Below, piece by piece: positions 35,382-46,977 of a stretch of DNA of 64,000 nt. The notes beneath the pieces are model-generated. The model saw only the letters and a program-made list of their open reading frames with translations, was not told the DNA's origin and did no database searches. Origin of the DNA: Thermoanaerobaculia bacterium (GTDB taxonomy: Bacteria > Acidobacteriota > Thermoanaerobaculia > Multivoradales > UBA5704); assembly GCA_036275055.1 (NCBI GenBank), contig DASUEN010000083.1, positions 19,187 through 83,186 on the forward strand, read 5' to 3'. Numbering within the stretch: the stretch's first letter is position 1; every line of letters starts with the position of its first letter. Made by a program: the position numbers and the translations under genes.

Positions 35382-36821
35382 ATGAGCCGTAAGCTTGCTT
35401 GGCTGATGATGCTGTTCGCCTTCGGCGGCACGGCGGCCCACGGCGCCGTTCCCACCGCCGCCAGTTACACCGTGCTCGACGTCAACCGCCTGGACACCGT
35501 CCTTCCCGAGAAGCTCGACCTCTTGAAGGCCGGGGAAGAGGACGTGACGCGGGAGCGGCTGGGGCTGCCGCCGCGCTTCGCCATTCCGGAGCGGGTGTCC
35601 ATCACCCCCGCCAAACGGGGCACCTGGGAGGACCTGGGCGACGGCCAGATGCTCTGGCGGCTGCGCGTCCTCGGACGGGAGGGCACGACTTCCCTGAATC
35701 TCGGCTTCACCCGCTTCAAGATGTCGCAGAACGGCCGCCTGCTGCTCTACTCCACGGACGGCCGGCAGGTGGTGCGCCCCTTCACCGCCGCGGACAACGC
35801 GGCTCATGGCCAGCTCTGGACGCCGGTCGTCCCCACCGACGACCTCATCGTGGAGCTCACGGTGCCGAAGAAAGAGGCGAAAGCGGTCGACCTCAAGCTC
35901 GGCTGGATCAACCAGGGGTATCGCGGCTTCGGCACCCTCTCCGCCGATTCCTACAACAAGTCCGGAAGCTGCAACCTGGACGTCGAGTGCCTGAACCCCG
36001 GCGATTCATGGCGCCAGGAGATGCGGGCGGTGGCCGTGATCTCGACCGGCGGCTCCACCTTCTGCACCGGCTCGCTGCTCAACGACACCGCCGGCGACCG
36101 CAAGATGTACTTCATCACCGCCAACCACTGCGGCATCACGTCGGGGAACGCGGCCTCGCTGGTGGCCTATTGGAACTATCAGAACTCCTTCTGCCGCGCT
36201 CCCGGGAGCGTACCGAGCGGGCAGCCTGGCGACGGCCAGCTCACGCAGTTCCACACCGGCTCGTTCTTCCGCGCTTCCAGCGCCGCCTCGGACTTCACGC
36301 TGGTGGAGCTCGACGATCCGCCGGTGGCGGCGTTCAACCACTTCTGGGCTGGCTGGGACCGCTCGACCGGCAACTTCGCCTGCAGCACCTCGACGCCCTG
36401 TGCCGGCATCCACCATCCGAACACCGACGAGAAGCGGATCACCTACGTCATCACCACCACGGCGACGACGAGCTACAACAACCCGGCCTCGCCGGGGGAC
36501 GGCACCCACATCTGGGCCCACTGGGCGACCGATCCGCCCGGCCCCTTCACCGTGCCGGGGGTGACCGAGCCCGGCTCCTCCGGCTCGCCGCTCTACAGCC
36601 AGGCGGGGCGCTTCATCGGCCAGTTGCACGGCGGCCCCTCGTCCTGCGGCGCCACGGGTGACAACCTCTCGGACTACTACGGCCGCTTCAGCGTCTCCTG
36701 GACCGGCGGCGGCACCAACAGTACCCGGACCAGGCGTCCTGGAAGAACACGGGCGCCTCAGCGATCAACGTCTACGTCCGCGTCCTGCGCTTCTCCTCGA
36801 CGCGCACGACCTATCAACTGA
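35382..36821 (+). CDS. Secreted S1-family (lysyl-endopeptidase-like) serine protease, C-terminus apparently damaged
   Basis: Signal peptide MSRKLAWLMMLFAFGGTAAHG. FCTGSLLNDTAGDRKMYFITANHC (His), TEPGSSGSPLY (Ser). See the finding on the 3' frame switch. Confidence 0.75.
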   Translation: MSRKLAWLMMLFAFGGTAAHGAVPTAASYTVLDVNRLDTVLPEKLDLLKAGEEDVTRERLGLPPRFAIPERVSITPAKRGTWEDLGDGQMLWRLRVLGREGTTSLNLGFTRFKMSQNGRLLLYSTDGRQVVRPFTAADNAAHGQLWTPVVPTDDLIVELTVPKKEAKAVDLKLGWINQGYRGFGTLSADSYNKSGSCNLDVECLNPGDSWRQEMRAVAVISTGGSTFCTGSLLNDTAGDRKMYFITANHCGITSGNAASLVAYWNYQNSFCRAPGSVPSGQPGDGQLTQFHTGSFFRASSAASDFTLVELDDPPVAAFNHFWAGWDRSTGNFACSTSTPCAGIHHPNTDEKRITYVITTTATTSYNNPASPGDGTHIWAHWATDPPGPFTVPGVTEPGSSGSPLYSQAGRFIGQLHGGPSSCGATGDNLSDYYGRFSVSWTGGGTNSTRTRRPGRTRAPQRSTSTSASCASPRRARPIN

Positions 36822-36840
36822 AGGTCAGTTACTGAGAAGA

Positions 36841-36923
36841 AAGGGACAGCAGGGACTTCAGAGACGGCAGGGACTTTTTCGCCCCTGTCGTTCCTGTCGT
36901 CCCTGAGGTCCCGGAAGTCCCTT
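36841..36923. repeat. 9-bp-periodic GGGAC hairpin repeat (four forward units facing about five GTCCC units)
   Basis: AAGGGACAGCAGGGACTTCAGAGACGGCAGGGAC, then TTTTTCGCCC, then CTGTCGTTCCTGTCGTCCCTGAGGTCCCGGAAGTCCCTT. Confidence 0.7.
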
Positions 36924-36980
36924 GCCGCTCACCCAAACGCGATATCATCGCCGGGCGGGTCGCTTCGGGGGATTCTCACT

Positions 36981-39008
<2,028 letters not shown>

Positions 39009-39021
39009 GCGTTCCCCCGCC

Positions 39022-39318
39022 CTACTTCACCCCATCCGCCTCCGCCGCCAACTCGAAGTCCTTGGGGGAGAGCCCGCCGATCGAGTGGGTCCAGAGGGTG
39101 ACCTTCACCTTCCCCCAGGCCAGGAAGACGTCCGGATGGTGCCCCTCCCGCTCGGCCACCTCGCCGAGACGGTTGACGTAGGCGAGGGCCTCGCGGAAGT
39201 CCGGGAATCGGTACTCCTTCTCCAGATGGTGCTCGTCGACCAGGGTCCATCCCTGGAGCTTGGCGTAGTGCTTCTTCAGCTCCTCGCCTTGGAGCGCCGC
39301 AGCGCCGGGCTCGCTCAT
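39022..39318 (-). CDS. phhB: Pterin-4-alpha-carbinolamine dehydratase
   Basis: GWTLVDEHHLEKEYRFPDFREALAYVNRLGEVAEREGHHPDVFLAWGKVKVTLWTHSIGGLS. Confidence 0.85.
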   Translation of the reverse strand: MSEPGAAALQGEELKKHYAKLQGWTLVDEHHLEKEYRFPDFREALAYVNRLGEVAEREGHHPDVFLAWGKVKVTLWTHSIGGLSPKDFELAAEADGVK

Positions 39319-39486
39319 GCCGCCACCTCCCTTTCGCCTTCGTTGAACCGCTCGCCCATCCTATCCCCGCTTCACCTCGGGACTGCAACCCCTGTGCCGT
39401 GAACGCGTGGCACATGCCTTGCCTTACCTGCCGGGCAGCGGCCGAGCCCCTGGGAGCGCCAACGTGAGGGCCGCGGGAGATCCGAC

Positions 39487-42138
39487 ATGCAACCCTTTGC
39501 CTACGTGGCCCCCGACGCGACCGAAGACGAAGGCTTCCTCCCCGAGATGAGCCCGACCCGCCGGCGGCTGGTGATCGCCGGCCTGATCACGGCGGGTCTC
39601 CTCTTCCTCGGCGGCTTCGTCCTCTCCGGCTACGTCTGGAGCCTCTCGCGGCGCTTCCCCTCCGCCCCCTTCGCGCAGCCGTCGCGGCTCTATGGCACGG
39701 CCACGCCGCTGGCAACCGGCGAGGCCCTCTCCGCCGCCGAGATGGTGGCGGAGCTGGACGCGGCCGGTTATCGCGAGACCGACGATGCCGAGGCGGCCAA
39801 TCCCCTCCCCCTGGGCTCCTGGCGGCGCACGGGCGACCGCGTGGCCGTTCACCTGCGGCGGTTCCCCACGCCGGAGGGGCAGGCCGGCGGCCGGATCGTG
39901 GAGGTGGACTTCCGGGGGGACCGCATCGCCGCCGTGCGCGAGGCCGGCGCGCCCGTCCGCTCCACCACGCTGGAGCCCCCGCTCCTCGCCTCCTACTACG
40001 GCCGCAAGGTGGAGGAACGGCGGCCGGTCTCACTGAAAGAGCTGCCGCAGACGGTGGTCAAGGCTGTGCTGGCGGCGGAGGACTCGGGCTTCTACCTTCA
40101 CCCCGGCGTCTCCCCCACCGGCATCGCCCGCGCGCTGTGGAAAGACGTCAAGGGGGGCGAGGTCGAGCAGGGAGGGAGCACGATCACCCAGCAGCTCGTC
40201 AAGAACGTCTATCTCTCCAACCGCCGGACGCTCTCCCGCAAGGCCAAGGAGGCGTTCCTCGCCATGGCCGTGGAGCTGCGCTACGGCAAGCGGGCCATCC
40301 TGGAGGCGTACCTGAACGAGATCTACCTCGGGCAGAGCGGGCCGGCCAACGTCATCGGCCTCGGCGCCGCCGCCCGTGCCTGGTTCGGCAAGGACGCGGC
40401 GGAGCTGACCCTCGCCGAAGCCGCCACGCTGGCGGGGATGATCCAGGGACCGGGCGACACTTCACCCGTCGAGCATCCCGATCGCGCCCGCGAGCGCCGC
40501 GACTGGGTGCTGCACCGCATGGGCGAGCTGCGCTGGATCAGCAAAGAGCAGTTGGCGCAGGCCCTTGCCGAACCCCTGGCGCCGCATCCCGAGACCGTCA
40601 AGGCGCGCCCCCTGGCGCCCTACTTCGCTGATGCCGCCGAGGCCGAAGCCAAGGAACGGTTCGGCCTCCAGGCGCTGGGGAGCCGAGGCTATCTCCTCTT
40701 CTCCACGGTGAGCTGGCGCGACCAGGTCCAAGCCGAGGCGGCCGTGGACCAGGGGCTCCAGAAGCTGGAAGCGGGCTGGGAGAAGAGCCGGCGGCGCGGC
40801 AAGGCCCTCCAGGCCGCCCTCATCTCGGTCGATCCGCGAGACGGCGCCATTCGCGCCTGGGTGGGCGGGCGCGATTACGGGGCCAGCCAGTTCGACCGCG
40901 TGTCGCAGGCGCGGCGGCAGGCGGGGAGCGCCTTCAAGCCGGTGGTCTACGCCGCCGCCTTCGCCGGCGGAGTCGCGATGCCGGCGACGGTGTTCAGCGA
41001 TTCGCCGATCACCGTCCGCATGGGCACCGCGAGCTGGAGCCCGCAGAACTACGACCACGGCTTCCGCGGCTGGGTGACGGCGCGCATGGCCCTGGAGCAG
41101 AGCCTCAACGTCCCCACCGTGCGCATCGCCCTCCAGGTGGGGATGGACCACGTGGCCGAGCTGGCCCGCAGCCTCGGCATCGCCGGCCACCTCGATCCGG
41201 TGCCGGCGGCAGCGCTGGGGACCTTCGAGGTGAGCCCCTTGGAGATGGCGACGGTGTATTCGACCTTCGCCGACGCCGGCATGAGGCCGCCGGTCCACGC
41301 CCTCGCCGCCGTGCTCGATCCCCAAGGCGAGCCCGTCAATGGCGACGAGCTGCCGGCGCCCCTACGGGTGATGCCCGCCGACGCCGCCTACCTGGTGACC
41401 AATATCCTCCAGGGCGTGATCGACCATGGCACGGCCGCCGCCGCCCGCAGCCTGGGAGTCACGGGACCGCTCGCCGGCAAGACGGGGACGACCAACGACC
41501 AGCGGGACTCCTGGTTCGCCGGCTACTCGCCGGAGCGCGCCACCGTCGTCTGGGTGGGGTACGACGACAACTCGTCCAGCCATCTCACCGGGGCGCGGGC
41601 GGCCCTCCCCATCTGGGGGCGCTTCACCGCCGCCGTGCGGCCGGCCGGGGGTTACACCGACTTCCCCATGCCGGCCGGGATGGTGCGGGCGACGGTGGAC
41701 CCGGTGACGGGGCAGCTCGCCACCCCCTACTGCCCCACCCAGGTGACCGATCTCTTCCCGGAGTGGAAGGCGCCGACCGTCTCCTGCGAGCGCCACACGC
41801 CGGGCTACAACGGCGATGCCCTGGCGGACGTGACCCTGAGCCAGCCCTCCGGGGACCCGGCCGCTTCCGAGGAGCTCGGGACGAGCGTGACGACGACCGC
41901 GGACGGCCTGGAGATCGTGCGGCCGGTCGCCGCCGTCGCCGCCGCCACCCCAGGCGGCGGCACGATCGTGATCCGGCCCAGCCAGCCGCGACCGAACCTA
42001 CCGGTCGCCGGCGCCACAGGCGGTCCGGCGGGGATGGCGCCCGTGGCCAGCGTGGTGCCGCCAGGGAGCGGCCCCATCGGCGCCAAGACCGCTCCGCCCC
42101 CACCTCCCGAGCCGGCGGACGAAGCTCCGCCGCCGTAG
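39487..42138 (+). CDS. Bifunctional class A penicillin-binding protein (glycosyltransferase plus transpeptidase)
   Basis: GT51 motifs EDSGFYLHPGVSP, GGSTITQQLVKN, RKAKEAFLAMAVE. Transpeptidase motifs SAFKP, SLN, KTGTT. Pro/Ala-rich C-terminal tail. Confidence 0.9.
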   Translation: MQPFAYVAPDATEDEGFLPEMSPTRRRLVIAGLITAGLLFLGGFVLSGYVWSLSRRFPSAPFAQPSRLYGTATPLATGEALSAAEMVAELDAAGYRETDDAEAANPLPLGSWRRTGDRVAVHLRRFPTPEGQAGGRIVEVDFRGDRIAAVREAGAPVRSTTLEPPLLASYYGRKVEERRPVSLKELPQTVVKAVLAAEDSGFYLHPGVSPTGIARALWKDVKGGEVEQGGSTITQQLVKNVYLSNRRTLSRKAKEAFLAMAVELRYGKRAILEAYLNEIYLGQSGPANVIGLGAAARAWFGKDAAELTLAEAATLAGMIQGPGDTSPVEHPDRARERRDWVLHRMGELRWISKEQLAQALAEPLAPHPETVKARPLAPYFADAAEAEAKERFGLQALGSRGYLLFSTVSWRDQVQAEAAVDQGLQKLEAGWEKSRRRGKALQAALISVDPRDGAIRAWVGGRDYGASQFDRVSQARRQAGSAFKPVVYAAAFAGGVAMPATVFSDSPITVRMGTASWSPQNYDHGFRGWVTARMALEQSLNVPTVRIALQVGMDHVAELARSLGIAGHLDPVPAAALGTFEVSPLEMATVYSTFADAGMRPPVHALAAVLDPQGEPVNGDELPAPLRVMPADAAYLVTNILQGVIDHGTAAAARSLGVTGPLAGKTGTTNDQRDSWFAGYSPERATVVWVGYDDNSSSHLTGARAALPIWGRFTAAVRPAGGYTDFPMPAGMVRATVDPVTGQLATPYCPTQVTDLFPEWKAPTVSCERHTPGYNGDALADVTLSQPSGDPAASEELGTSVTTTADGLEIVRPVAAVAAATPGGGTIVIRPSQPRPNLPVAGATGGPAGMAPVASVVPPGSGPIGAKTAPPPPPEPADEAPPP

Positions 42139-42232
42139 AAAGACCATGGCATGCGGTTTGTATAGAGAAGTTGTTGGGCCGGCGGTGCGAGGTTGACTGC
42201 TCGGAGCTCTCTCTGGACGCCACCGGCCCGAT

Positions 42233-42315
42233 CTCTTCTTTCCCCTTGCTGTTTCCCTCGCCCTGTTGTCCCTACTTGTCCTTGATGTCCCTTTTTGGCT
42301 GTTCTTCCTCTTCCC
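42233..42315. repeat. Copy (reverse orientation) of the conserved roughly 80-nt GGGAC-array module
   Basis: The reverse complement reads GGGAAGAGGAAGAACAGCCAAAAAGGGACATCAAGGACAAGTAGGGACAACAGGGCGAGGGAAACAGCAAGGGG. It is collinear with 51164..51243 and 52939..53012. Confidence 0.75.
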
Positions 42316-42323
42316 AATGCAAA

Positions 42324-42353
42324 GACGCCCCACGGGTTTCCCCGTAGGGCGTC
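42324..42353 (-). terminator. Intrinsic terminator of the PEGA-domain gene
   Basis: On the minus strand: GACGCCCTACGGG, loop GAAA, CCCGTGGGGCGTC, followed by TTTGCATT. It begins 30 nt after the stop at 42384. Confidence 0.6.
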
Positions 42354-42383
42354 CTTACAACAGGAAAACGCGAAGACCGGGCT

Positions 42384-43514
42384 TCAGCGACCGGGGCCGG
42401 CTTCGTCGAGCGAAACGTCGAGCTTGACGTCCTCGCCGGCCTTGACGGTGAACGTCTTCTCCTGCGCCCGGCGCCCGGGACGGACGACGGCGAGCTTGTG
42501 GTCGCCGGCCGCCAAGGGGAGGCCGGAGTGCATCATGGAGAGGTCGGTGCCGGTGCCGACGAAGCGGCCGTCGACGTAGACCGAGGCGTCCTCGGGCTCG
42601 ACGCCGAGCACCAGGCGGCCGCGGGCGGAATCGTCAGCCGCCGGGGGACGGCCCCGGTAGTCGCCATCCTGGCCGCGGCGGGCGCTGCGGTCACGGCGCA
42701 CCCGGTCGTGCCACCCCTCGTCCTCGCCATCGCTGTCGTCGCTGTACCGCCGGCTGTGCTCGTCGCGCAGCCGCTGGTCCCGGCGCTCATGGGTCTTGGT
42801 GGCGAGGTCCTCGGGGCGGGTGGACGGCCCCTCTTCCATCCGGTCGTCGATGTCGAGGACGTTGCCGGGGTAGACGGTGATCTGCCGGGCGATGGTCTTG
42901 TAGCCGTCGAGGTAGAAGACCACGTCGTAGGTCCCCTTGGGGAGCCACAGGTAGTCCGGCCAGCCGTCGAAGCTGTCGACGACGCCCAGGCGCTCGCCGT
43001 TGACCCACACTTCCGTCCGCCCGGGGCTGACGTCGAGGTCCAGGGCCCCCATCTCGTCGCGGTCACGGTCGTAGTACTCGCGGGGCCGGGCATTGTAGTA
43101 CGGGTCGTAGTCGGGACCCCACCAACCGCCCCAGTAGCCGTACGGGTAATAGAAGTTGTAGAAGAAGGGGTCGTAGAAGAAGCCGCTGCCGATGATGACG
43201 CGGGGGCCGTGACCGAAGTGGCCATGGCCGCGGCCGCGATCGAAATTCGGCTGCCGCCCGGCTCCTGGAGTCTGGGGAACGGGATGAGCCGTGCGCGGCG
43301 TGCTCGCCGAGCCGTGGCTCTGACTGCGGCTGGGGCTGGACGATCCGCGCGAGCCGCCGGTCGCATGGGCCGAGTGGCCACCGCCGGAATGGCCGCCGCC
43401 GGAGTGGCCGCCGCCGCGGGCTTCGGCCGGCAGGCTCACGGCCAGCAACGCCGCGAGCGCGAGGGGAACCGCCTCAGCCAGGAACCGTCTGCCGGTTGGT
43501 CTGGGGGTGATCAT
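42384..43514 (-). CDS. Secreted PEGA-domain protein with GGGHS repeats and an aromatic-rich low-complexity segment
   Basis: Start at ATG 43514 after AAGGAG (MITPRPTGRRFLAEAVPLALAALLAVSLPAEA signal). Two PEGA-like modules (LDLDVSPGRTEVWVNGERLG; LVLGVEPEDASVYVDGRFVG). Confidence 0.65.
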   Translation of the reverse strand: MITPRPTGRRFLAEAVPLALAALLAVSLPAEARGGGHSGGGHSGGGHSAHATGGSRGSSSPSRSQSHGSASTPRTAHPVPQTPGAGRQPNFDRGRGHGHFGHGPRVIIGSGFFYDPFFYNFYYPYGYWGGWWGPDYDPYYNARPREYYDRDRDEMGALDLDVSPGRTEVWVNGERLGVVDSFDGWPDYLWLPKGTYDVVFYLDGYKTIARQITVYPGNVLDIDDRMEEGPSTRPEDLATKTHERRDQRLRDEHSRRYSDDSDGEDEGWHDRVRRDRSARRGQDGDYRGRPPAADDSARGRLVLGVEPEDASVYVDGRFVGTGTDLSMMHSGLPLAAGDHKLAVVRPGRRAQEKTFTVKAGEDVKLDVSLDEAGPGR

Positions 43515-44451
43515 GGGTGCTCTCCTTTTCCTGCTCCGCGCCCATTTGGGACCAGGCGCGGTGAAGACCTTGTATGTAGTGGTACCTGAGGACATTCTCC
43601 CATAGTTTTGGCGTCCCGAGAGGCCAATTTTGCAAAGCGCGGACCAGGCGTTCGCGCCGCTTCTGCGGTCCCGCGGGAGGCAGCGGCGGCGGTCCCTCCG
43701 GCCCGATCCCCAGGAAGGAGCCGAGCTCCGGGTGGAGGCGGTAGAAGACCACGGCACAATAGCCGGCCTTCTCCTGCCGCACCGCGAAACGGGCGATGTC
43801 CGTGGGATGGTCGTGGGCCACCGTGGCCGCCGGCTCGTAGGCAAGACGCATGCCCCGCTTCTTGAGCCGGTAGCCGAGCTCGATGTCCTCCCACGCCGCA
43901 TAGGGGAACCGCAGGTCGAAGGGCTCCGCCAGCAGCAGGTCGCGAGGCATCGAGAGGTTGGAGGTGTACAGGAAATTGAACGGCACGTCTTCTTTTCTAT
44001 CCTCGATCAGCGCATAGCCGAACTGGAGACCGTGCTCGTTGACGTAGCGCAGGAACGGGTTGAGGCGGATCCGGCGGTGCCAGCCGGTGTAGCCGATCAC
44101 CGCCTGGCGAGGGTCGTCCCCGCGCTGCCGGTGGGCCTCGCGATGCACCGCCAGCCATCCTGGAGAGGGGACGGTGTCGTCCCCCAGAAAGGCCACCAGC
44201 CGGCCCGAGGCGGCGGCCACGCCGGTGTTGCGCGCCGCCGCCGGACCATGGTTCTCTTGCAGCAGGACACGCAGCGGAATGCGGAAGGACCGGCTGCGCA
44301 ACCAGTCGCCGGTGCCGTCGGCCGAGCCGTCGTCCACGACGACGACCTCGAACGAGGGAGCCCCCTGCTGGAATTCGAGCGCCTGGAGGACCTCGGCGAG
44401 GACCTCCAGGCGGTTGTGAGTGGGAATGACGACCGAAACTTCTGGCCCCAT
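43474..44451 (-). CDS. Family 2 glycosyltransferase
   Basis: VSVVIPTHNRLEVLAEVLQAL...EVVVVDDGSADGT and DDT motif region FLGDDTVP. Confidence 0.8.
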   Translation of the reverse strand: MGPEVSVVIPTHNRLEVLAEVLQALEFQQGAPSFEVVVVDDGSADGTGDWLRSRSFRIPLRVLLQENHGPAAARNTGVAAASGRLVAFLGDDTVPSPGWLAVHREAHRQRGDDPRQAVIGYTGWHRRIRLNPFLRYVNEHGLQFGYALIEDRKEDVPFNFLYTSNLSMPRDLLLAEPFDLRFPYAAWEDIELGYRLKKRGMRLAYEPAATVAHDHPTDIARFAVRQEKAGYCAVVFYRLHPELGSFLGIGPEGPPPLPPAGPQKRRERLVRALQNWPLGTPKLWENVLRYHYIQGLHRAWSQMGAEQEKESTHDHPQTNRQTVPG

Positions 44452-44522
44452 ACCCTACAGAGTACTCCAGACCGGGCGGGAAGGGCGCCCTCGAGAGGCA
44501 CCCCTTCCCGGGCTGCGACGGC

Positions 44523-45329
44523 TTACGACGGCCCGTGCCCGTTGCGGTTGCGCACCACGAGATAGTTGGCGGGCACCCGCCCCTCGTCACCGTGATGGAG
44601 GACGACGGTGTTGATGGTGACGTCGTCCCCTTCGGCCAGCACCTGGAACCGGCTCTCCGGGTAGAGGGTGAACCTCTCCTGGGGATCGAAGCCCACCGAG
44701 GTGGCGCCGGTCTTGATGACGTTGTGGACGTGTGACGGCAGCCCGGAGGGGCTGTTGCCCGGGAGCGTCCGGAAGTAGTCGAGGGCGCAGAGCGACAACT
44801 CGATCTGATAGAGAGTCCCCCGCTTGCCCAGCAGGGTCGAGAGAGTCTCCACGAACTTCGGCCGGTCCGGCTTCTGCACCACGTGCATCACCGTCCGCAT
44901 ATAGATGTTGACGTCGCCGAACTCGTCGTGGAAGGCTTTCGCCTGGTCCGGCTTCAGGGCGTCGAGGACGCGGTAGTCGATCTTCAGCTCCGCCGGCGTC
45001 TCCTCACGCGCCTTGGCGACGGCGGTCGGCGAGACATCCGTGGCGAGCACGCGGTCGAAGTGCCTGGCCAGGTACCGCGACTGCCGGCCGTTGCCGCAGC
45101 CGAAGTCCAAGAGCGGCAGCGAGAGGTCCATGTGCGGCTTGAAGCGCGGCATGTCCTCCGCCGAGGCACGCTCGGGCTCGTTGTCCCACAGCACCTCGCC
45201 GCCCCGGCCGGTCTTCCGGATGGTGCGCCAGTAGTTCTCCCAGTGACGGTCAACCTCCCCGGGATGGCCATACTTGAGTCGGAAGAAGAGAACGTTGGAC
45301 AACAGACGAACGGATTTCAACAGCTCCAT
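44523..45329 (-). CDS. Class I SAM-dependent methyltransferase
   Basis: Motif I LLDFGCGNGRQSRYLA, followed by RVLATDVSPTAVAKA. Confidence 0.75.
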   Translation of the reverse strand: MELLKSVRLLSNVLFFRLKYGHPGEVDRHWENYWRTIRKTGRGGEVLWDNEPERASAEDMPRFKPHMDLSLPLLDFGCGNGRQSRYLARHFDRVLATDVSPTAVAKAREETPAELKIDYRVLDALKPDQAKAFHDEFGDVNIYMRTVMHVVQKPDRPKFVETLSTLLGKRGTLYQIELSLCALDYFRTLPGNSPSGLPSHVHNVIKTGATSVGFDPQERFTLYPESRFQVLAEGDDVTINTVVLHHGDEGRVPANYLVVRNRNGHGPS

Positions 45330-45587
45330 CGCGGGATCCTCCTATCGGTTCAAACCGATCAAAACGCCCTCCTTGGAGGGGAGCCACACCCGGGCTCACT
45401 CCAAAACTACATGGAACACTATGTCCAATATGCTCTAAGTTTAATGCTCTAGCAGGGAGGTGCAGTACCCGGGCGAGACCGGGACACCGGACGGAGAAAT
45501 CTCTCAAAAAGGCGGCGCTGGCACGCCCGCGCCGTTTGGGAGACAATCCCCACCCGGACCGTTTTCCTTCTCCCACGAGGTGCACCC

Positions 45588-46967
45588 ATGCCGCGCACGC
45601 CCATCGCCCTCTGCCTGACGCTCGCCCTCGGCGCCCTGCCCCTGGCCGCGACGGCCGCCGCTCCGCCGTCCGCCGGGGCTGGGGACCGGCTGGGGGCCGA
45701 AATCGACCGCCTGGCCGCGCAGGCCGAGCCGGACGTCATCGCCTGCCGGCGCCAGATCCATGAGCACCCGGAGCTTTCCAACCGCGAGGTGGAGACGGCG
45801 AAGCTGGTGGCCGAACGCCTCGGCAAGCTCGGCCTGGAAGTGAAGACCGGGGTGGCCCACACCGGCGTGGTGGCCATGCTCAAGGGGGGGAAGCCCGGGC
45901 CGCTCGTGGCCCTGCGGGCAGACATGGACGCCCTCCCCGTCACCGAGGAGGTCGACGTCCCCTTCGCCTCCAAGGTGCGCACCACCTACGACGGCAAGGA
46001 GGTGGGGGTGATGCACGCCTGTGGGCACGACGCCCATACCGCCATCCTGCTCGGCGTGGCCGGGGTGCTCGCGAAGCTGAAGGCCGACCTCCCCGGCAAC
46101 GTGGAATTCCTCTTCCAGCCCGCCGAGGAGGGGGCGCCCGCGGGCGAGGAGGGCGGCGCCAAGCTGATGCTCAAGGAAGGGATCTTCCAGGGTGTTTTCC
46201 AAGAAAAGCGGCCCGCCGCCGTCTTCGGCCTGCACGTGACCCCGATGTTCGACACCGGCCAGATCGGCTGGCGCACCGGGGGGATGCTGGCCGGCGCGGA
46301 CGGCCTGCGCATCACCGTCCACGGCCGCCAGACCCATGCCGCCTATCCCTGGAAGGGCGTGGACCCCATCGTCGTCGCCGCGCAGATCGTGCTCGGCCTG
46401 CAGACCATCGCCAGCCGCCAGATCGACATCACGGACGCCCCGGCCCTCATCACCATCGGCAAGATCGACGGCGGCGTGCGCGAGAACATCATTCCCGACG
46501 ACGTGGTGATGCAGGGGACCATCCGCTACCTCGGGCCGGAGATGCGCAAGGACATTCACGACCGCATCCGCCGCACCGCCATGAGCATCGCCGAATCCGC
46601 GGGAGCCAAGGCCGAGGTGACCATTGAGGAGCGGGTGGCCCTCACCTTCAACGATCCGGCGCTGACCGCGAAGATGCTCCCCAGCCTGCGGCGCACGGCG
46701 GGCGACGCCAACGTCCGCGAGGCGCCGCCGTCTTTGGGCGGCGAGGATTTTTCCTACTACCAGCGGGAGGTGCCCGGCCTCTTCATCTGGCTGGGGATCA
46801 AGACGCCGGGGGCGGACCCTGCGCTCTTCGCCACCAACCACTCGCCGCGTTTCCGCATCGACGAGTCGGGCTTGAAGCTCGGGGTGCGCGCCCTCGCCCG
46901 GCTGGCGGTGGACTACATGCAGGCGCCAGCTCAGGCGGCCGCCCAGGGAGCGAAGCCGGCGCGGTAG
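45588..46967 (+). CDS. Secreted M20D-family amidohydrolase (hippurate hydrolase-like)
   Basis: Signal peptide. IHEHPELSNREVETAKLV, ALRADMDALPV, MHACGHDAHTAILLG, GGEDFSYY. Confidence 0.85.
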   Translation: MPRTPIALCLTLALGALPLAATAAAPPSAGAGDRLGAEIDRLAAQAEPDVIACRRQIHEHPELSNREVETAKLVAERLGKLGLEVKTGVAHTGVVAMLKGGKPGPLVALRADMDALPVTEEVDVPFASKVRTTYDGKEVGVMHACGHDAHTAILLGVAGVLAKLKADLPGNVEFLFQPAEEGAPAGEEGGAKLMLKEGIFQGVFQEKRPAAVFGLHVTPMFDTGQIGWRTGGMLAGADGLRITVHGRQTHAAYPWKGVDPIVVAAQIVLGLQTIASRQIDITDAPALITIGKIDGGVRENIIPDDVVMQGTIRYLGPEMRKDIHDRIRRTAMSIAESAGAKAEVTIEERVALTFNDPALTAKMLPSLRRTAGDANVREAPPSLGGEDFSYYQREVPGLFIWLGIKTPGADPALFATNHSPRFRIDESGLKLGVRALARLAVDYMQAPAQAAAQGAKPAR

Positions 46968-46977
46968 CCGCCCCGAG

